64,000 nt of DNA from a bacterium (GTDB lineage Archaea; Thermoplasmatota; E2; JACPAO01; JAHFTW01). Position numbers and translations under genes: made by a program. Within the stretch, counting starts at the first letter, position 1. Each line of letters opens with the position of its first letter. Below the pieces are notes generated by a model. The model did no database searches and was not told the origin of the DNA. It was given only the letters and a program-made list of their open reading frames with translations. The stretch is from contig JAZJZE010000009.1 of the NCBI GenBank assembly GCA_040390065.1, positions 346,930-410,929 of the forward strand, written 5' to 3'. Below, piece after piece: positions 19,544 through 28,581 of the stretch.

Positions 19544-19941
19544 GGTTTCAGCCCCTTCACCAACTCCAGCAGCTTGCCTTCGAGCATGTCGGATTTCTCC
19601 AACTTGTAGTCGTAGGCGACTTGCACGGTCTTGCCAGTGGCGTAGATGATGGAGGTTTTCTTGTCTTTGATCTCGTAGTCGAAGTCCCAGCTCTTGCCGC
19701 CAATGCGGCTGGTCCACATCTTGACTTGGGGTTGGGCGTTCATCTTCATGGGGTTCTTGTAGTCCAGGGCGGCGTGGGCGAGGATGAAGGGGAAGTCGCG
19801 TTCCGAGGTGGAGCCGGCGATTTCGGTGAAGAAGCGCATGCGGCAGTGTTCGAGGTAGGTGAGGAAGAGGGCGTTGTTGACGTGGCCCATGCCGTCGACG
19901 TCGTTGAAGCGCACGTCGACCGTGCAGCTGAAGGCGGCCAT
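19540..19941 (-). CDS. Acyl-CoA thioesterase (4HBT/YbgC family)
   Basis: VRFNDVDGMGHVNNALFLTYLE. Confidence 0.9.
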   Translation of the reverse strand: MAAFSCTVDVRFNDVDGMGHVNNALFLTYLEHCRMRFFTEIAGSTSERDFPFILAHAALDYKNPMKMNAQPQVKMWTSRIGGKSWDFDYEIKDKKTSIIYATGKTVQVAYDYKLEKSDMLEGKLLELVKGLKP

Positions 19942-20372
19942 CAGTTGCCTCCGACGATGCGTTGGACTTTGATGGCGAGGTCGTGCAGGTCTTCGGAGGC
20001 GGCGGTGGTGGTGCCCTTGAATGCGGCGTGGATGGGGCCGCCGCCGTCGCCCTTCGTGCGCGGGACGATGTGCATGTGCAGGTGCTGGACTTCTTGGCCG
20101 GCGGCGGGGCCGTTGTGGATGGCGAGTGTCGCGTCGGTGGCTCCAGTCGCTTTGCCCAGGGCTTTGGTGAGTCTGCGTGCGGCTGCAATCAGTGCGGCTG
20201 CGTCCTCGGGGCTGGCGTCTTCGAGTTTGGCGGTGTGCCGCTTGGGGACGAGGAGGGTGTGACCTGGCCGTAGCGGGTGGATGTCGAGGAAGGCGAAGAC
20301 GCGTTCGTCTTGGTAGAGTTCGGCGCTGGGGAGGTTGCCGGCGGCGATGCGGCAGAAGAGGCAGTCATCCAT
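19941..20372 (-). CDS. HIT family hydrolase
   Basis: CLFCRI, FLDIHP..GHTLLVPK, GQEVQHLHMHIVPR. Confidence 0.95.
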   Translation of the reverse strand: MDDCLFCRIAAGNLPSAELYQDERVFAFLDIHPLRPGHTLLVPKRHTAKLEDASPEDAAALIAAARRLTKALGKATGATDATLAIHNGPAAGQEVQHLHMHIVPRTKGDGGGPIHAAFKGTTTAASEDLHDLAIKVQRIVGGN

Positions 20373-20421
20373 CTTGCGTCGCGCAGGCTGGTGTCGGGCT
20401 TTAGCGATGCCGCCAGGGGGG

Positions 20422-20949
20422 TTACGCCTTGGCGGGCAGCGGCTCGAGGCTGCGCACGGTCACGGACTTGACGCCGCGTACGCGCTGCAGGGTCGGGATG
20501 AGGGTGCCGGGAATTGCCGTCGCGGTGACGACGAAGAGGACGGGCTCGTCGGTGAAGTCGGGGTCCTCGACGATGGCTTGCTTGATGCTGAGGCCGGCTT
20601 CGGCGATGGCGTGGCTGACGGCGGCGAGGATGCCGGGTTGGTTGGCGTCGGAGGCGACAATCTGCAGCACGCCGGCTCCCATGATTGGCCCGACGTCCTT
20701 GAGGTGGAGTGTGGGGGCGAAGCGGCTGAAGACGCGTGACAACTGCGGGTTGGCTGCGATGGTCTCGACGGTGGAGCGCACGATGCGGCGGTCGACGCCG
20801 GCTGCGCGGGCGAGCGCGGTGTCGGTGACTTCGATGGTGCCTGCAAGGACGCGGTCGCCGTCGATGCGCAGGCCGTTTTGGATCATGAGCCGGACGACTT
20901 TTTCCTGGGCTGGGAAGCGCCGGAAATGGTCGATGAGGACTTGCCACAT
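20422..20949 (-). CDS. Archaeal ACT-domain regulator of amino acid metabolism (COG2150-like)
   Basis: MW..F.RFPAQEKV, ALARAAGVDRRIV, PGILA..I...SIKQAI; divergent from aro operon. Confidence 0.85.
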   Translation of the reverse strand: MWQVLIDHFRRFPAQEKVVRLMIQNGLRIDGDRVLAGTIEVTDTALARAAGVDRRIVRSTVETIAANPQLSRVFSRFAPTLHLKDVGPIMGAGVLQIVASDANQPGILAAVSHAIAEAGLSIKQAIVEDPDFTDEPVLFVVTATAIPGTLIPTLQRVRGVKSVTVRSLEPLPAKA

Positions 20950-21081
20950 GTGGTGACCATTGCTCAAAAATGCACTTAACCGTTTGTTCGCGAGCATCTT
21001 GTGCCGAGTCGGGCACCCAGGCCCGGTGGCCCGGCGGAGGCGCGGCAAATCCAGATATAAGATGCCCCGCTGGGCGGCCGC

Positions 21082-21816
21082 GTGGCGGGACGTACGCTTC
21101 GCATGGGCCGCTTGACGACGCCGTCGGGCGCCTGGCTCATGGTGGCCCTCGACCACGGCGTCTCCATGGGCCCCATCGCGGGCCTCGTGAATCCCGGCAA
21201 GGCGGTCGCGGCCGCCGCAAAGGGAGGCGCTTCGTGCGCGACGATGCACAAGGGCCTCATCCCGCTCGCCGAACCCTTTGCCGACCGCCTTGGCATCCTC
21301 CTGCACCTCTCGGCGAGCACGGCATGGGCGCCTGACCCCGACGACAAACGCCTCGTGGCACGTGTCGAGGAGGCGGTGCGCCTCGGCTGCGACGGTGTGT
21401 CGATCCACGTCAACGTCGGCAGCGCCACGGAGGCGAGGCAGTTGCAGGATGCCGGGTCGGTGAGCGGCGCCTGCGCGGAGTGGGGCATGCCGCTCGTCGC
21501 GATGATGTACCCGCGCGGCCCAAATGTCCAGCAGCCACCGTCGCCCGCGCTGGTCGCCCACGCGGCGCGCCTTGGCGCGGAGCTTGGGGCCGACGCCGTG
21601 AAGGTGCCCCTCTGCCCGGATTTCGCCGACGTCGTGGCGGGCTGCCCCGTGCCCGTCCTCGTGGCCGGCGGCGCGCAACGCCCCATGCCGGGCCTCCTGT
21701 CCGACCTGCGCGCGGCGCGCAAGGCCGGGGCCCGCGGCGTATCCATCGGGCGCAACGCCTTCCAGCAGAAGGACCCGGCGGCTGCGGTGGCCGCCATCGC
21801 GAAGGTGTTCGCCTGA
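21082..21816 (+). CDS. aroA': 2-amino-3,7-dideoxy-D-threo-hept-6-ulosonate synthase (AroA', class I aldolase)
   Basis: VALDHGVSMGP, MHKG, HLSAST, AMMYPRG, AELGADAVK, IGRNAFQ; first gene of aro operon. Confidence 0.9.
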   Translation: MAGRTLRMGRLTTPSGAWLMVALDHGVSMGPIAGLVNPGKAVAAAAKGGASCATMHKGLIPLAEPFADRLGILLHLSASTAWAPDPDDKRLVARVEEAVRLGCDGVSIHVNVGSATEARQLQDAGSVSGACAEWGMPLVAMMYPRGPNVQQPPSPALVAHAARLGAELGADAVKVPLCPDFADVVAGCPVPVLVAGGAQRPMPGLLSDLRAARKAGARGVSIGRNAFQQKDPAAAVAAIAKVFA

Positions 21817-22931
21817 GTCGCATCCCCCTCTGGATCGACCTGCGCGACGTGCCCCTCAACAAGCGGCTGCCGTACTTGCACGCCATCCGCGACGTCGGCG
21901 CCGAACGCGTCCTGTTGGCCAAGGACGATGCGCACCACGAACGCGCAGGCCTGGCAACGTTCGCCGTGGACGGCAAGAACCGGCTCCTCGACGGCAAGCG
22001 GCAGGTCGGCCGCATTGCCAACGTGAGCGACGCAAAGACGCAGGCGAAGGCGGCCACGGCTCCCGGCGTCATCGTCGTCGACGAAGGGCCCGACCGCATC
22101 ATCCCACTCGAGAACCTGATCGCGGCGCGCCAGGACCGGCCCGGGACGCTGTTTGCCCGCACCCGGTCGGCGCGAGACGCCGCGTTGTGCGCCGTCGTGC
22201 TGGAGCGCGGCGTGCACGGCATCGTCCTCGTCCCGTCCTCGCCGCAGGAAGTGCTCGCGACGGACCTTCTGCTGCGCGAAGCGCGGGCCAGCCAAGCACC
22301 GACCCCCGCCCCGCAACCCCGCGAACGCGAACCATCTCCTGCAAGCCCTGCCTCCGCACCTGCCCCCCAGGGCTCACCCACCCTGACGTCAGGACTCGCG
22401 GCGGCGCGCATCTCCAAGGTCGACGATGGCGGCGTCGGCGACCGGGTCTGCGTCGATACGACGAGCCTCCTGCAGGAAGGCGAAGGGCTCCTTGTCGGGT
22501 CGACCGCGCGCAGCTTCGCCTTGGTGCATGCCGAGACCGCCACCAACGGCCTCATCGCCGCCCGGCCGTTTCGGGTCAACGCCGGCGCCGTGCATAGCTA
22601 CCTCCTCGGCCCTGACGGCACCACACGCTACCTGTCGGAACTCGCCGCCGGCCAGACCGTTCTCGCCGTGCACCGCAACGGCACGAGCCGCCAGGTCACC
22701 GTGGGCCGCGTCAAGATCGAGCGCCGCCCGCACCTCATCGTGCACTGGGACACGCCCGGCGGCCCCGCAAGTGTCGCCCTGCAGAATGCTGAGACCGTGT
22801 GCCTGGTTCGCCCGGACGGAACGACCTTGCCGGTCACGCGCGTCCAGCCAGGCGATGCAATCCTCGTGCAAGCCGGTGCCCCCGCCCGCCACGCCGGAAT
22901 CGCCGTCGACGAGAACGTGGAGGAGCGTTGA
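21813..22931 (+). CDS. aroB': 3-dehydroquinate synthase II (archaeal)
   Basis: IIPLENLIA, GDRVCVDT, RPFRVNAGAVHSY, GRVKIERRP, LQNAETV; probable CTG start. Confidence 0.93.
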   Translation: MSRIPLWIDLRDVPLNKRLPYLHAIRDVGAERVLLAKDDAHHERAGLATFAVDGKNRLLDGKRQVGRIANVSDAKTQAKAATAPGVIVVDEGPDRIIPLENLIAARQDRPGTLFARTRSARDAALCAVVLERGVHGIVLVPSSPQEVLATDLLLREARASQAPTPAPQPREREPSPASPASAPAPQGSPTLTSGLAAARISKVDDGGVGDRVCVDTTSLLQEGEGLLVGSTARSFALVHAETATNGLIAARPFRVNAGAVHSYLLGPDGTTRYLSELAAGQTVLAVHRNGTSRQVTVGRVKIERRPHLIVHWDTPGGPASVALQNAETVCLVRPDGTTLPVTRVQPGDAILVQAGAPARHAGIAVDENVEER

Positions 22932-24469
22932 TGCACCGCCTCGTGGCCTCGATCGCGACCCCACTCCTGGACGACGCCGTGCGGGCCCTGCGACGCCTAC
23001 CGGCTTGCGTCGACGCGGCCGAGATCCGGCTCGACGCCCTCTGGCCTGGGCCTCCCGATGCCGACGCGGCCACCGACGCCCTCCTCGCCTTGACCGAGGC
23101 CGCGACAGTCCCCCTCGTTGCGACCCTCCGACCCCTGCGCCAAGGCGGCGCGTTCTCGGGCGACGAACAAGTGCGCGTGGGACTGCTCGCCTCGGCGTTG
23201 GCTGCCGGCTTTGCGCATGCCGACATCGAGGCGGACGTGGCAACGCCGCCGCTGTCTGCCGAACTCGCGCGGACCGGGGGCTCCATCATCGTGAGTTCGC
23301 ACGTGGTCGGCCCAACGCCCTGCCGGGACGACGGCCTCAAGGCACTCACTGCAGCCCAGGACGCAGGCGGCATCCTCGACAAGTTCGCCTTCGCGGGCCA
23401 CAGCTACACCGACACGCTGCGCGCCCTCGAACTGGCAAGCGGCCACGCGGCCCGCGGCGGTCACCCGATCGTCTCGACCACGGGCCACGGCGGCGCACCG
23501 CTGCGAGCCCTTCTCGCCATCGTCGGCAACCAGGCAACGTACGGCCACGCTCCAGACAGCCCGCCCGCGGCACAGGGCCAACCCGACGTCCGCGATGTTG
23601 CGGCCCTCTGGGACGACTGGGGCCTCACGAAGCCGGACCTGGACCCGACGGGCGGGCCGCGCTCCTGGCTTGCCGTCCTCGGCCACCCCATCGACGGCAG
23701 CCTCAGCCCGCGCATCCACAACGCCGCGCTGCGCGCCGCGGGGCGCCCGGAGCGGTTCGGCGCCCTGGATGTCCCAGCAAGCCCCGGCGCCTTGCTGCTG
23801 ACGCTGCACGCCGCTACCCGCATCGGCCTGTGCGCCGCGTCGATCACGATGCCGCACAAGGCGGATGCTGCGCGGGCCGCGGCGCCCGACTCCGTAGCGC
23901 AAGCCGTCGGCGCCGCGAACTGCGTCCGCATGACGCCGCAGGGGGCGCAGTCGACGAACAGCGATGCAACGGCGCTGCGGCGCCTCCTCGAGCCGCACGT
24001 CGACGCGGGTGCGCCGGCCGTCGTGTTGGGTGCCGGCGGTTTTGCGAGCGCGGCGGCGTGGGCCCTGCGCGACCTCGGCGCGGCCGTCCGGTTTGCCAGC
24101 CGCGATGCGACGCGGGCCGCCGCCATGGCGAAGCGGTACGGCGCAAAGTGGACCGCCTGGGAGCAGCGCCATGAGCTGCGTGCGCCCGTGTGGATCCAGG
24201 CCACTCCCATCGGCCGCGTCGTGCGCGAGGAGAGCCCGGTTCCGGCGGCGCAACTCCGGGGCGCCACTTTGGCCATTGAGGCGAACTACACCGCCGGCCC
24301 GACGGCGTTCCAACGCCATGCCGCCGCCGCGGGCGCCACCGTCGTCGATGGGCGCACCGTCCTCCTGGAACAGGGCGTCGACGCCTTCCGCTTCTGGTTC
24401 GGCAAGGAGCCGGACCGCGCTGCCATGGCGGAGGCTCTGCGTCCGCGCACGCTGGAGGCCGTGGCGTGA
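22931..24469 (+). CDS. aroDE: Fused type I 3-dehydroquinate dehydratase / shikimate dehydrogenase
   Basis: AEIRLD, ATLR..QGG.F, VSSH, AQGQP; then GHPIDGSLSPRIHN, SITMPHK, NSD, LGAGG. Confidence 0.9.
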   Translation: MHRLVASIATPLLDDAVRALRRLPACVDAAEIRLDALWPGPPDADAATDALLALTEAATVPLVATLRPLRQGGAFSGDEQVRVGLLASALAAGFAHADIEADVATPPLSAELARTGGSIIVSSHVVGPTPCRDDGLKALTAAQDAGGILDKFAFAGHSYTDTLRALELASGHAARGGHPIVSTTGHGGAPLRALLAIVGNQATYGHAPDSPPAAQGQPDVRDVAALWDDWGLTKPDLDPTGGPRSWLAVLGHPIDGSLSPRIHNAALRAAGRPERFGALDVPASPGALLLTLHAATRIGLCAASITMPHKADAARAAAPDSVAQAVGAANCVRMTPQGAQSTNSDATALRRLLEPHVDAGAPAVVLGAGGFASAAAWALRDLGAAVRFASRDATRAAAMAKRYGAKWTAWEQRHELRAPVWIQATPIGRVVREESPVPAAQLRGATLAIEANYTAGPTAFQRHAAAAGATVVDGRTVLLEQGVDAFRFWFGKEPDRAAMAEALRPRTLEAVA

Positions 24470-25302
24470 ACCTGGCCGTGCACCGCTTGGGCCATGCGCG
24501 CGTCTTCGGCGCCGTCTCGGTCCTGAACGCGACCGCGACGGGCATCGGTTGCTCGCTGGGCATCGATGCCATGACCGAGGCCGAGTGGGCCGCCGGCCCG
24601 TCCCCCCCGCTTGGCATCGACGCGCGCCTCGTGCAGGCCGTCGAGGCCCAAATGAACCGCGTGCCGGGATGGCCCACGGGCCTCGCCCCGCGCATCCGGG
24701 CGGCGTTTCCTCCGGCGCGGGGACTCAAGACCTCGTCCAGCGTTGCCGCGGCGTTGCTGCAATCGGCACACGAGGCGCTCGGCCAGCCCTTGCCAGACGG
24801 CGAGCTCGAGCACGCCGCGGTGGATGCATGCCTGGCCGCCGGCGTGACCATCACGGGTGCGTACGATGACCAGGTCGCAGTCGTGCGCGGCGGCGCCCAC
24901 ATCACGGACAATGCCCGGCGCTTGGTCCTGCGCAGCCTGAGCATCCGCCCCTGGCACGTCGCCGTCTGGGTACCCGACGCCGCGTTGCCGAAGGCGGCAC
25001 TGGCAGGCGCCGCCGCCACCACGCTCGCCTCGCAATTGCAGGACGCCGTCGCCTTGGCCGCGGCAGGGGACATCCCCGGCGCGATGACGGAGAACGGCAA
25101 CGTCTTCACTGCCTTCTACCAGCGCCTCGGCCTCCCCGTGGACCGCCGACCCGCGCAGGCGGCGCTACGCCATGGCGCTCTCGGCGCCGGGCTGTCCGGC
25201 ACTGGTCCCGCGGTCGCAGCCCTGTTCGACGCGCCGACCAGCCTCCCCGAGGTGCCGGGCGGAACCTGGCGTTGGGCGCGCGCGGTGGAGGCCGACGCGT
25301 GA
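24466..25302 (+). CDS. aroK: Archaeal shikimate kinase (GHMP family)
   Basis: GAVSVLNATATGIG, PPARGLKTSSS, TITGAYDD, GLSGTGPA. Confidence 0.93.
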   Translation: MNLAVHRLGHARVFGAVSVLNATATGIGCSLGIDAMTEAEWAAGPSPPLGIDARLVQAVEAQMNRVPGWPTGLAPRIRAAFPPARGLKTSSSVAAALLQSAHEALGQPLPDGELEHAAVDACLAAGVTITGAYDDQVAVVRGGAHITDNARRLVLRSLSIRPWHVAVWVPDAALPKAALAGAAATTLASQLQDAVALAAAGDIPGAMTENGNVFTAFYQRLGLPVDRRPAQAALRHGALGAGLSGTGPAVAALFDAPTSLPEVPGGTWRWARAVEADA

Positions 25303-26600
25303 ACCCTCCGACGGACGCCGTGCAAGTCCTGCCAGGCCGTGTCGATGGCCGGCTGCCCGCCCCGCCCAGCAAGTCGGTGACCCACCGTGCCTTCCTCTTG
25401 GCGGCGCAGGCCCGCGATGGTTGCACGGTGACGACGCCTCTTCTGTCGCACGACACGATGGCCACCCTGCACGGCCTGGAAGCCCTGGGACTCCGGCCGT
25501 CCTTCGAGGGCAGCGTGGTGCGCTTCTTGCCCGCGACGCTGCGGCCTTCCCGAGCCGCAATCGACTGCGGCAATTCCGGCACGACCCTGCGCCTGCTTGC
25601 TGCGACGGCGGCGCGCCTGCCTTTCGCGACGACGCTGACTGGGGACACGTCACTGCGCCGCCGACCTAACGACGCCCTCGTCGACGCCTTGCACCAAGCA
25701 GGCGCCACCTGTCGAAGCGACGCCGGCCGCGCGCCCCTCGTGGTGACCGGACCTCTGCGGCCCGGGCCGCTGCGCATCGACGGCGCGGCAGGCTCCCAGG
25801 CCGTCTCGGCGATGCTCCTTGCCACGCCCTTCCTGCAAGGGCCGTCGCGCATCGCTGTGACGGCGCCGGTGGCGTCGCGGCCGTACCTCGACCTGACCAT
25901 CGACGTCGCGCGCCAAGCGGGCCTGGCCTTCCGGCAAGACGCGGCGGGCCTACCGACGTACGACGTCCCCGGCGGGCAGGAGGTTCGCGCCACGAACCTG
26001 AAGGTTCCAGGCGACTGGTCGAGCGCTGCCTTTGTCCTCGCCGCCGCGGCCATCACCGGCGGGACCGTGACGGTGCACGGACTCGACGCGCAGAGCCGGC
26101 AAGGCGACCGGCGCATCGTCGACCATCTGCGGTCCTTTGGGGCCCACGTGACGACGGCGGCGGATGCCACGACGTGCCATGGGGGGCCGCTTTCCAGCCC
26201 GGGCGCCATGGACGTGCGCGAGACGCCGGACCTGTTCCCCGTCCTGGCGGTGCTTGCGGCGTGCGCGCGGGGGACCACGACGCTGGCTGGCGCCGCCCAT
26301 CTGCGGGGCAAGGAATCCGACCGCATCGAGGCGATGACCTTGGGTCTTCGAGCAATGGGCGCAAGGGCAACCGCGCAGCCGGACGGCCTCGTCGTCACCG
26401 GCGGCGCGCTGCACGGCGCCGTCGTCGACGCCGCGGGCGACCACCGCATCCACATGGCCTTCGCGATCGCAGCCTTGGCCGCCAATGGCGCGAGCTGGAT
26501 TGGCGGCGCCGCGACGGCGGCAGTCAGTTTCCCCGCATTCCACGACGCCCTACGCGCCCTGGGGGCCCGCGTCGCCGCGGGCGTCGAGGTGCCGGCATGA
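25299..26600 (+). CDS. aroA: 3-phosphoshikimate 1-carboxyvinyltransferase
   Basis: PPSKSVTHR, CGNSGTTLR, PGDWSSA, LRGKESDRI, DHRIHM. Confidence 0.96.
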   Translation: MNPPTDAVQVLPGRVDGRLPAPPSKSVTHRAFLLAAQARDGCTVTTPLLSHDTMATLHGLEALGLRPSFEGSVVRFLPATLRPSRAAIDCGNSGTTLRLLAATAARLPFATTLTGDTSLRRRPNDALVDALHQAGATCRSDAGRAPLVVTGPLRPGPLRIDGAAGSQAVSAMLLATPFLQGPSRIAVTAPVASRPYLDLTIDVARQAGLAFRQDAAGLPTYDVPGGQEVRATNLKVPGDWSSAAFVLAAAAITGGTVTVHGLDAQSRQGDRRIVDHLRSFGAHVTTAADATTCHGGPLSSPGAMDVRETPDLFPVLAVLAACARGTTTLAGAAHLRGKESDRIEAMTLGLRAMGARATAQPDGLVVTGGALHGAVVDAAGDHRIHMAFAIAALAANGASWIGGAATAAVSFPAFHDALRALGARVAAGVEVPA

Positions 26601-27721
26601 ACTCCTTCGGCAAACGCCTGCGCCTCACGATCTTCGGGGAATCGCACGGCCCAGGCGTCGGCGTCGTGCTGGACGGCGTCCCCCCCGGCCTCGCCATCGA
26701 TGCCCCAGCCCTGCAGCGCGACCTCGACCTGCGCCGCCCAGGCAAGCCCTTGACCAGTGCCCGGCGTGAACGCGACATCCCGGAGATCTTGTCGGGAACG
26801 TTCAACGGGCACACGACTGGCGCCCCGCTTTGCATCTTCATCCGCAACGAGGACGCCGACTCGCGGCCGTACGAGGCGACGGCGCGGATGCCCCGCCCAG
26901 GCCACGCCGACTATACGGCGCACGTGGCGGCGCGCGGCCATAACGATCCACGCGGCGGCGGCCACACCTCGGGACGACTGACGGCGCCCTTGGTCGCTGC
27001 AGGGACGATTGCTTCCCAGATCCTGGCCCCGCATGGCATCCGCTGCGCCGCCCACCTGCAGCAAGTGCATGACCTTGCAGGACCGGCCGGAACAACGAAC
27101 GTCACGACCATGCTGAAGCGGGTCCCGCGCTCGACCGTCATGACGGCGCACACGGACCTGGAGGACGCGTTCGCCGCGCGCATCCGGGAGGCCCGCAAGG
27201 CAGGCGATTCACTGGGCGGCGCCGTCGAGTTCGCAGCCGACGACCTGCCAGCGGGGCTTGGGGAGCCGTTCTTCGACTCCATCGAGTCCCACCTGGCCCA
27301 TCTCCTCTTTGCCGTTCCAGCCGTCAAGGGCGTGGAGTTCGGCGCCGGATTTGCGGCTGCGGCCATGCGTGGCAGTGAGCACAACGACCCCTTCCTCGCC
27401 GTGGCGGGAAAGGTCGCGACCGCGACGAACCACGCAGGCGGCATCCTCGGCGGCCGCAGTTCAGGGATGCCAATCTGGGGCCGCGTCGCCATCAAGCCCA
27501 CCAGCACCCTGCCCGGCCGCGACCAGGCGACGGTCGACCTCGAGACCATGGAAGGCGCGACGTTGCGTGCAACCGGGCGGCACGATCCCTGCATCGCCGT
27601 GCGAGCCGTGCCGGTCGTGCAAGCGTGTCTGCGCATCGCGCTGGCGGAGTTCGCCCTGGGAGCCGAAGAAGCAGGCCTTCTCCCCCGGCGACCGCAAGCC
27701 ACCTCTAGGCCTTCCCGCTAA
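26597..27721 (+). CDS. aroC: Chorismate synthase
   Basis: FGESHG, PRPGHADY, GGGHTSGRLT, NHAGGILGG, GRHDPCI. Confidence 0.97.
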   Translation: MNSFGKRLRLTIFGESHGPGVGVVLDGVPPGLAIDAPALQRDLDLRRPGKPLTSARRERDIPEILSGTFNGHTTGAPLCIFIRNEDADSRPYEATARMPRPGHADYTAHVAARGHNDPRGGGHTSGRLTAPLVAAGTIASQILAPHGIRCAAHLQQVHDLAGPAGTTNVTTMLKRVPRSTVMTAHTDLEDAFAARIREARKAGDSLGGAVEFAADDLPAGLGEPFFDSIESHLAHLLFAVPAVKGVEFGAGFAAAAMRGSEHNDPFLAVAGKVATATNHAGGILGGRSSGMPIWGRVAIKPTSTLPGRDQATVDLETMEGATLRATGRHDPCIAVRAVPVVQACLRIALAEFALGAEEAGLLPRRPQATSRPSR

Positions 27722-27729
27722 CCAGGTCC

Positions 27730-28524
27730 GTGAGCGGCAAGATGGTTCTGTACCCGGCCATCGACCTGCGGCACGGCCACGTCGTGCAACTGGAGGGCGG
27801 CGACCCGCACCGCGTCGCCCTGGAGCGCCCAAGCCCCGAGGCGCAGGCACGTGCCTTCGAGGAGGCAGGGTCGCGTTGGCTGCACGTCGTCGACCTCGAC
27901 GCGGCCCTTGGTGAACGCAACCAGTGGGGCCACCTCGGCAAGCTCTTGTCGGACCGCCGCAGTCGCGTGCAGTTCGGGGGCGGCATCCGGCACATGACCG
28001 ACGTCCAGCAGCTCCTCGACCTCGGCGTCGAGCGCGTCATCGTCGGCACGCAGGCGGTGCGCAACCCGCTGTGGCTGCGCGAACTTGCCCGCATCTTCCC
28101 CAAGCGCATCGTCCTCGCCCTCGACGCGCGGGCCGGCCACCTCGTCGTCGACGGTTGGACGACGGATACCGGAATCGAGGCCGTCACCTTCGCCGCGGGG
28201 CTCGACGACGCCGGACTGGCGGCCGTCATCTTCACGCCGGTCGGCGGCAAGGCCGACGACGGCATCCTGGCTGGCCTGCGCAGCGCCCTCAAAGTGACGC
28301 CGCTCGTCGTGGCCGCCCCTGACGCCTCGCTGGCTGACCTAGACATGATGGCTGCCGCCGGCATCGATGGCGCCGTCCTCGGCCTCAGCGTCTACGAGGG
28401 CCGCCTCGATCTGGAGGAGGCGCTGGCCCGTTACCCGTCACCTCCGCGTTGGCCCGTCCTTCTGGCCGCGGCCGCAGACGAGGGTCTGCCCGAGCCAGGC
28501 TTCGGAGCCGACCCGGACGAGTGA
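27730..28524 (+). CDS. hisA: HisA/HisF-family TIM barrel (HisA-like, C-terminal motifs degenerate)
   Basis: YPAIDLRHGHVVQL, LHVVDLDAA, QFGGGIR, LALDAR. Confidence 0.75.
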   Translation: MSGKMVLYPAIDLRHGHVVQLEGGDPHRVALERPSPEAQARAFEEAGSRWLHVVDLDAALGERNQWGHLGKLLSDRRSRVQFGGGIRHMTDVQQLLDLGVERVIVGTQAVRNPLWLRELARIFPKRIVLALDARAGHLVVDGWTTDTGIEAVTFAAGLDDAGLAAVIFTPVGGKADDGILAGLRSALKVTPLVVAAPDASLADLDMMAAAGIDGAVLGLSVYEGRLDLEEALARYPSPPRWPVLLAAAADEGLPEPGFGADPDE

Positions 28525-28581
28525 ATCGAAGGGGAACCCTCTAAGACCGAGCACGGCTCATCCAGGCGCCGGGGTGAAGAT

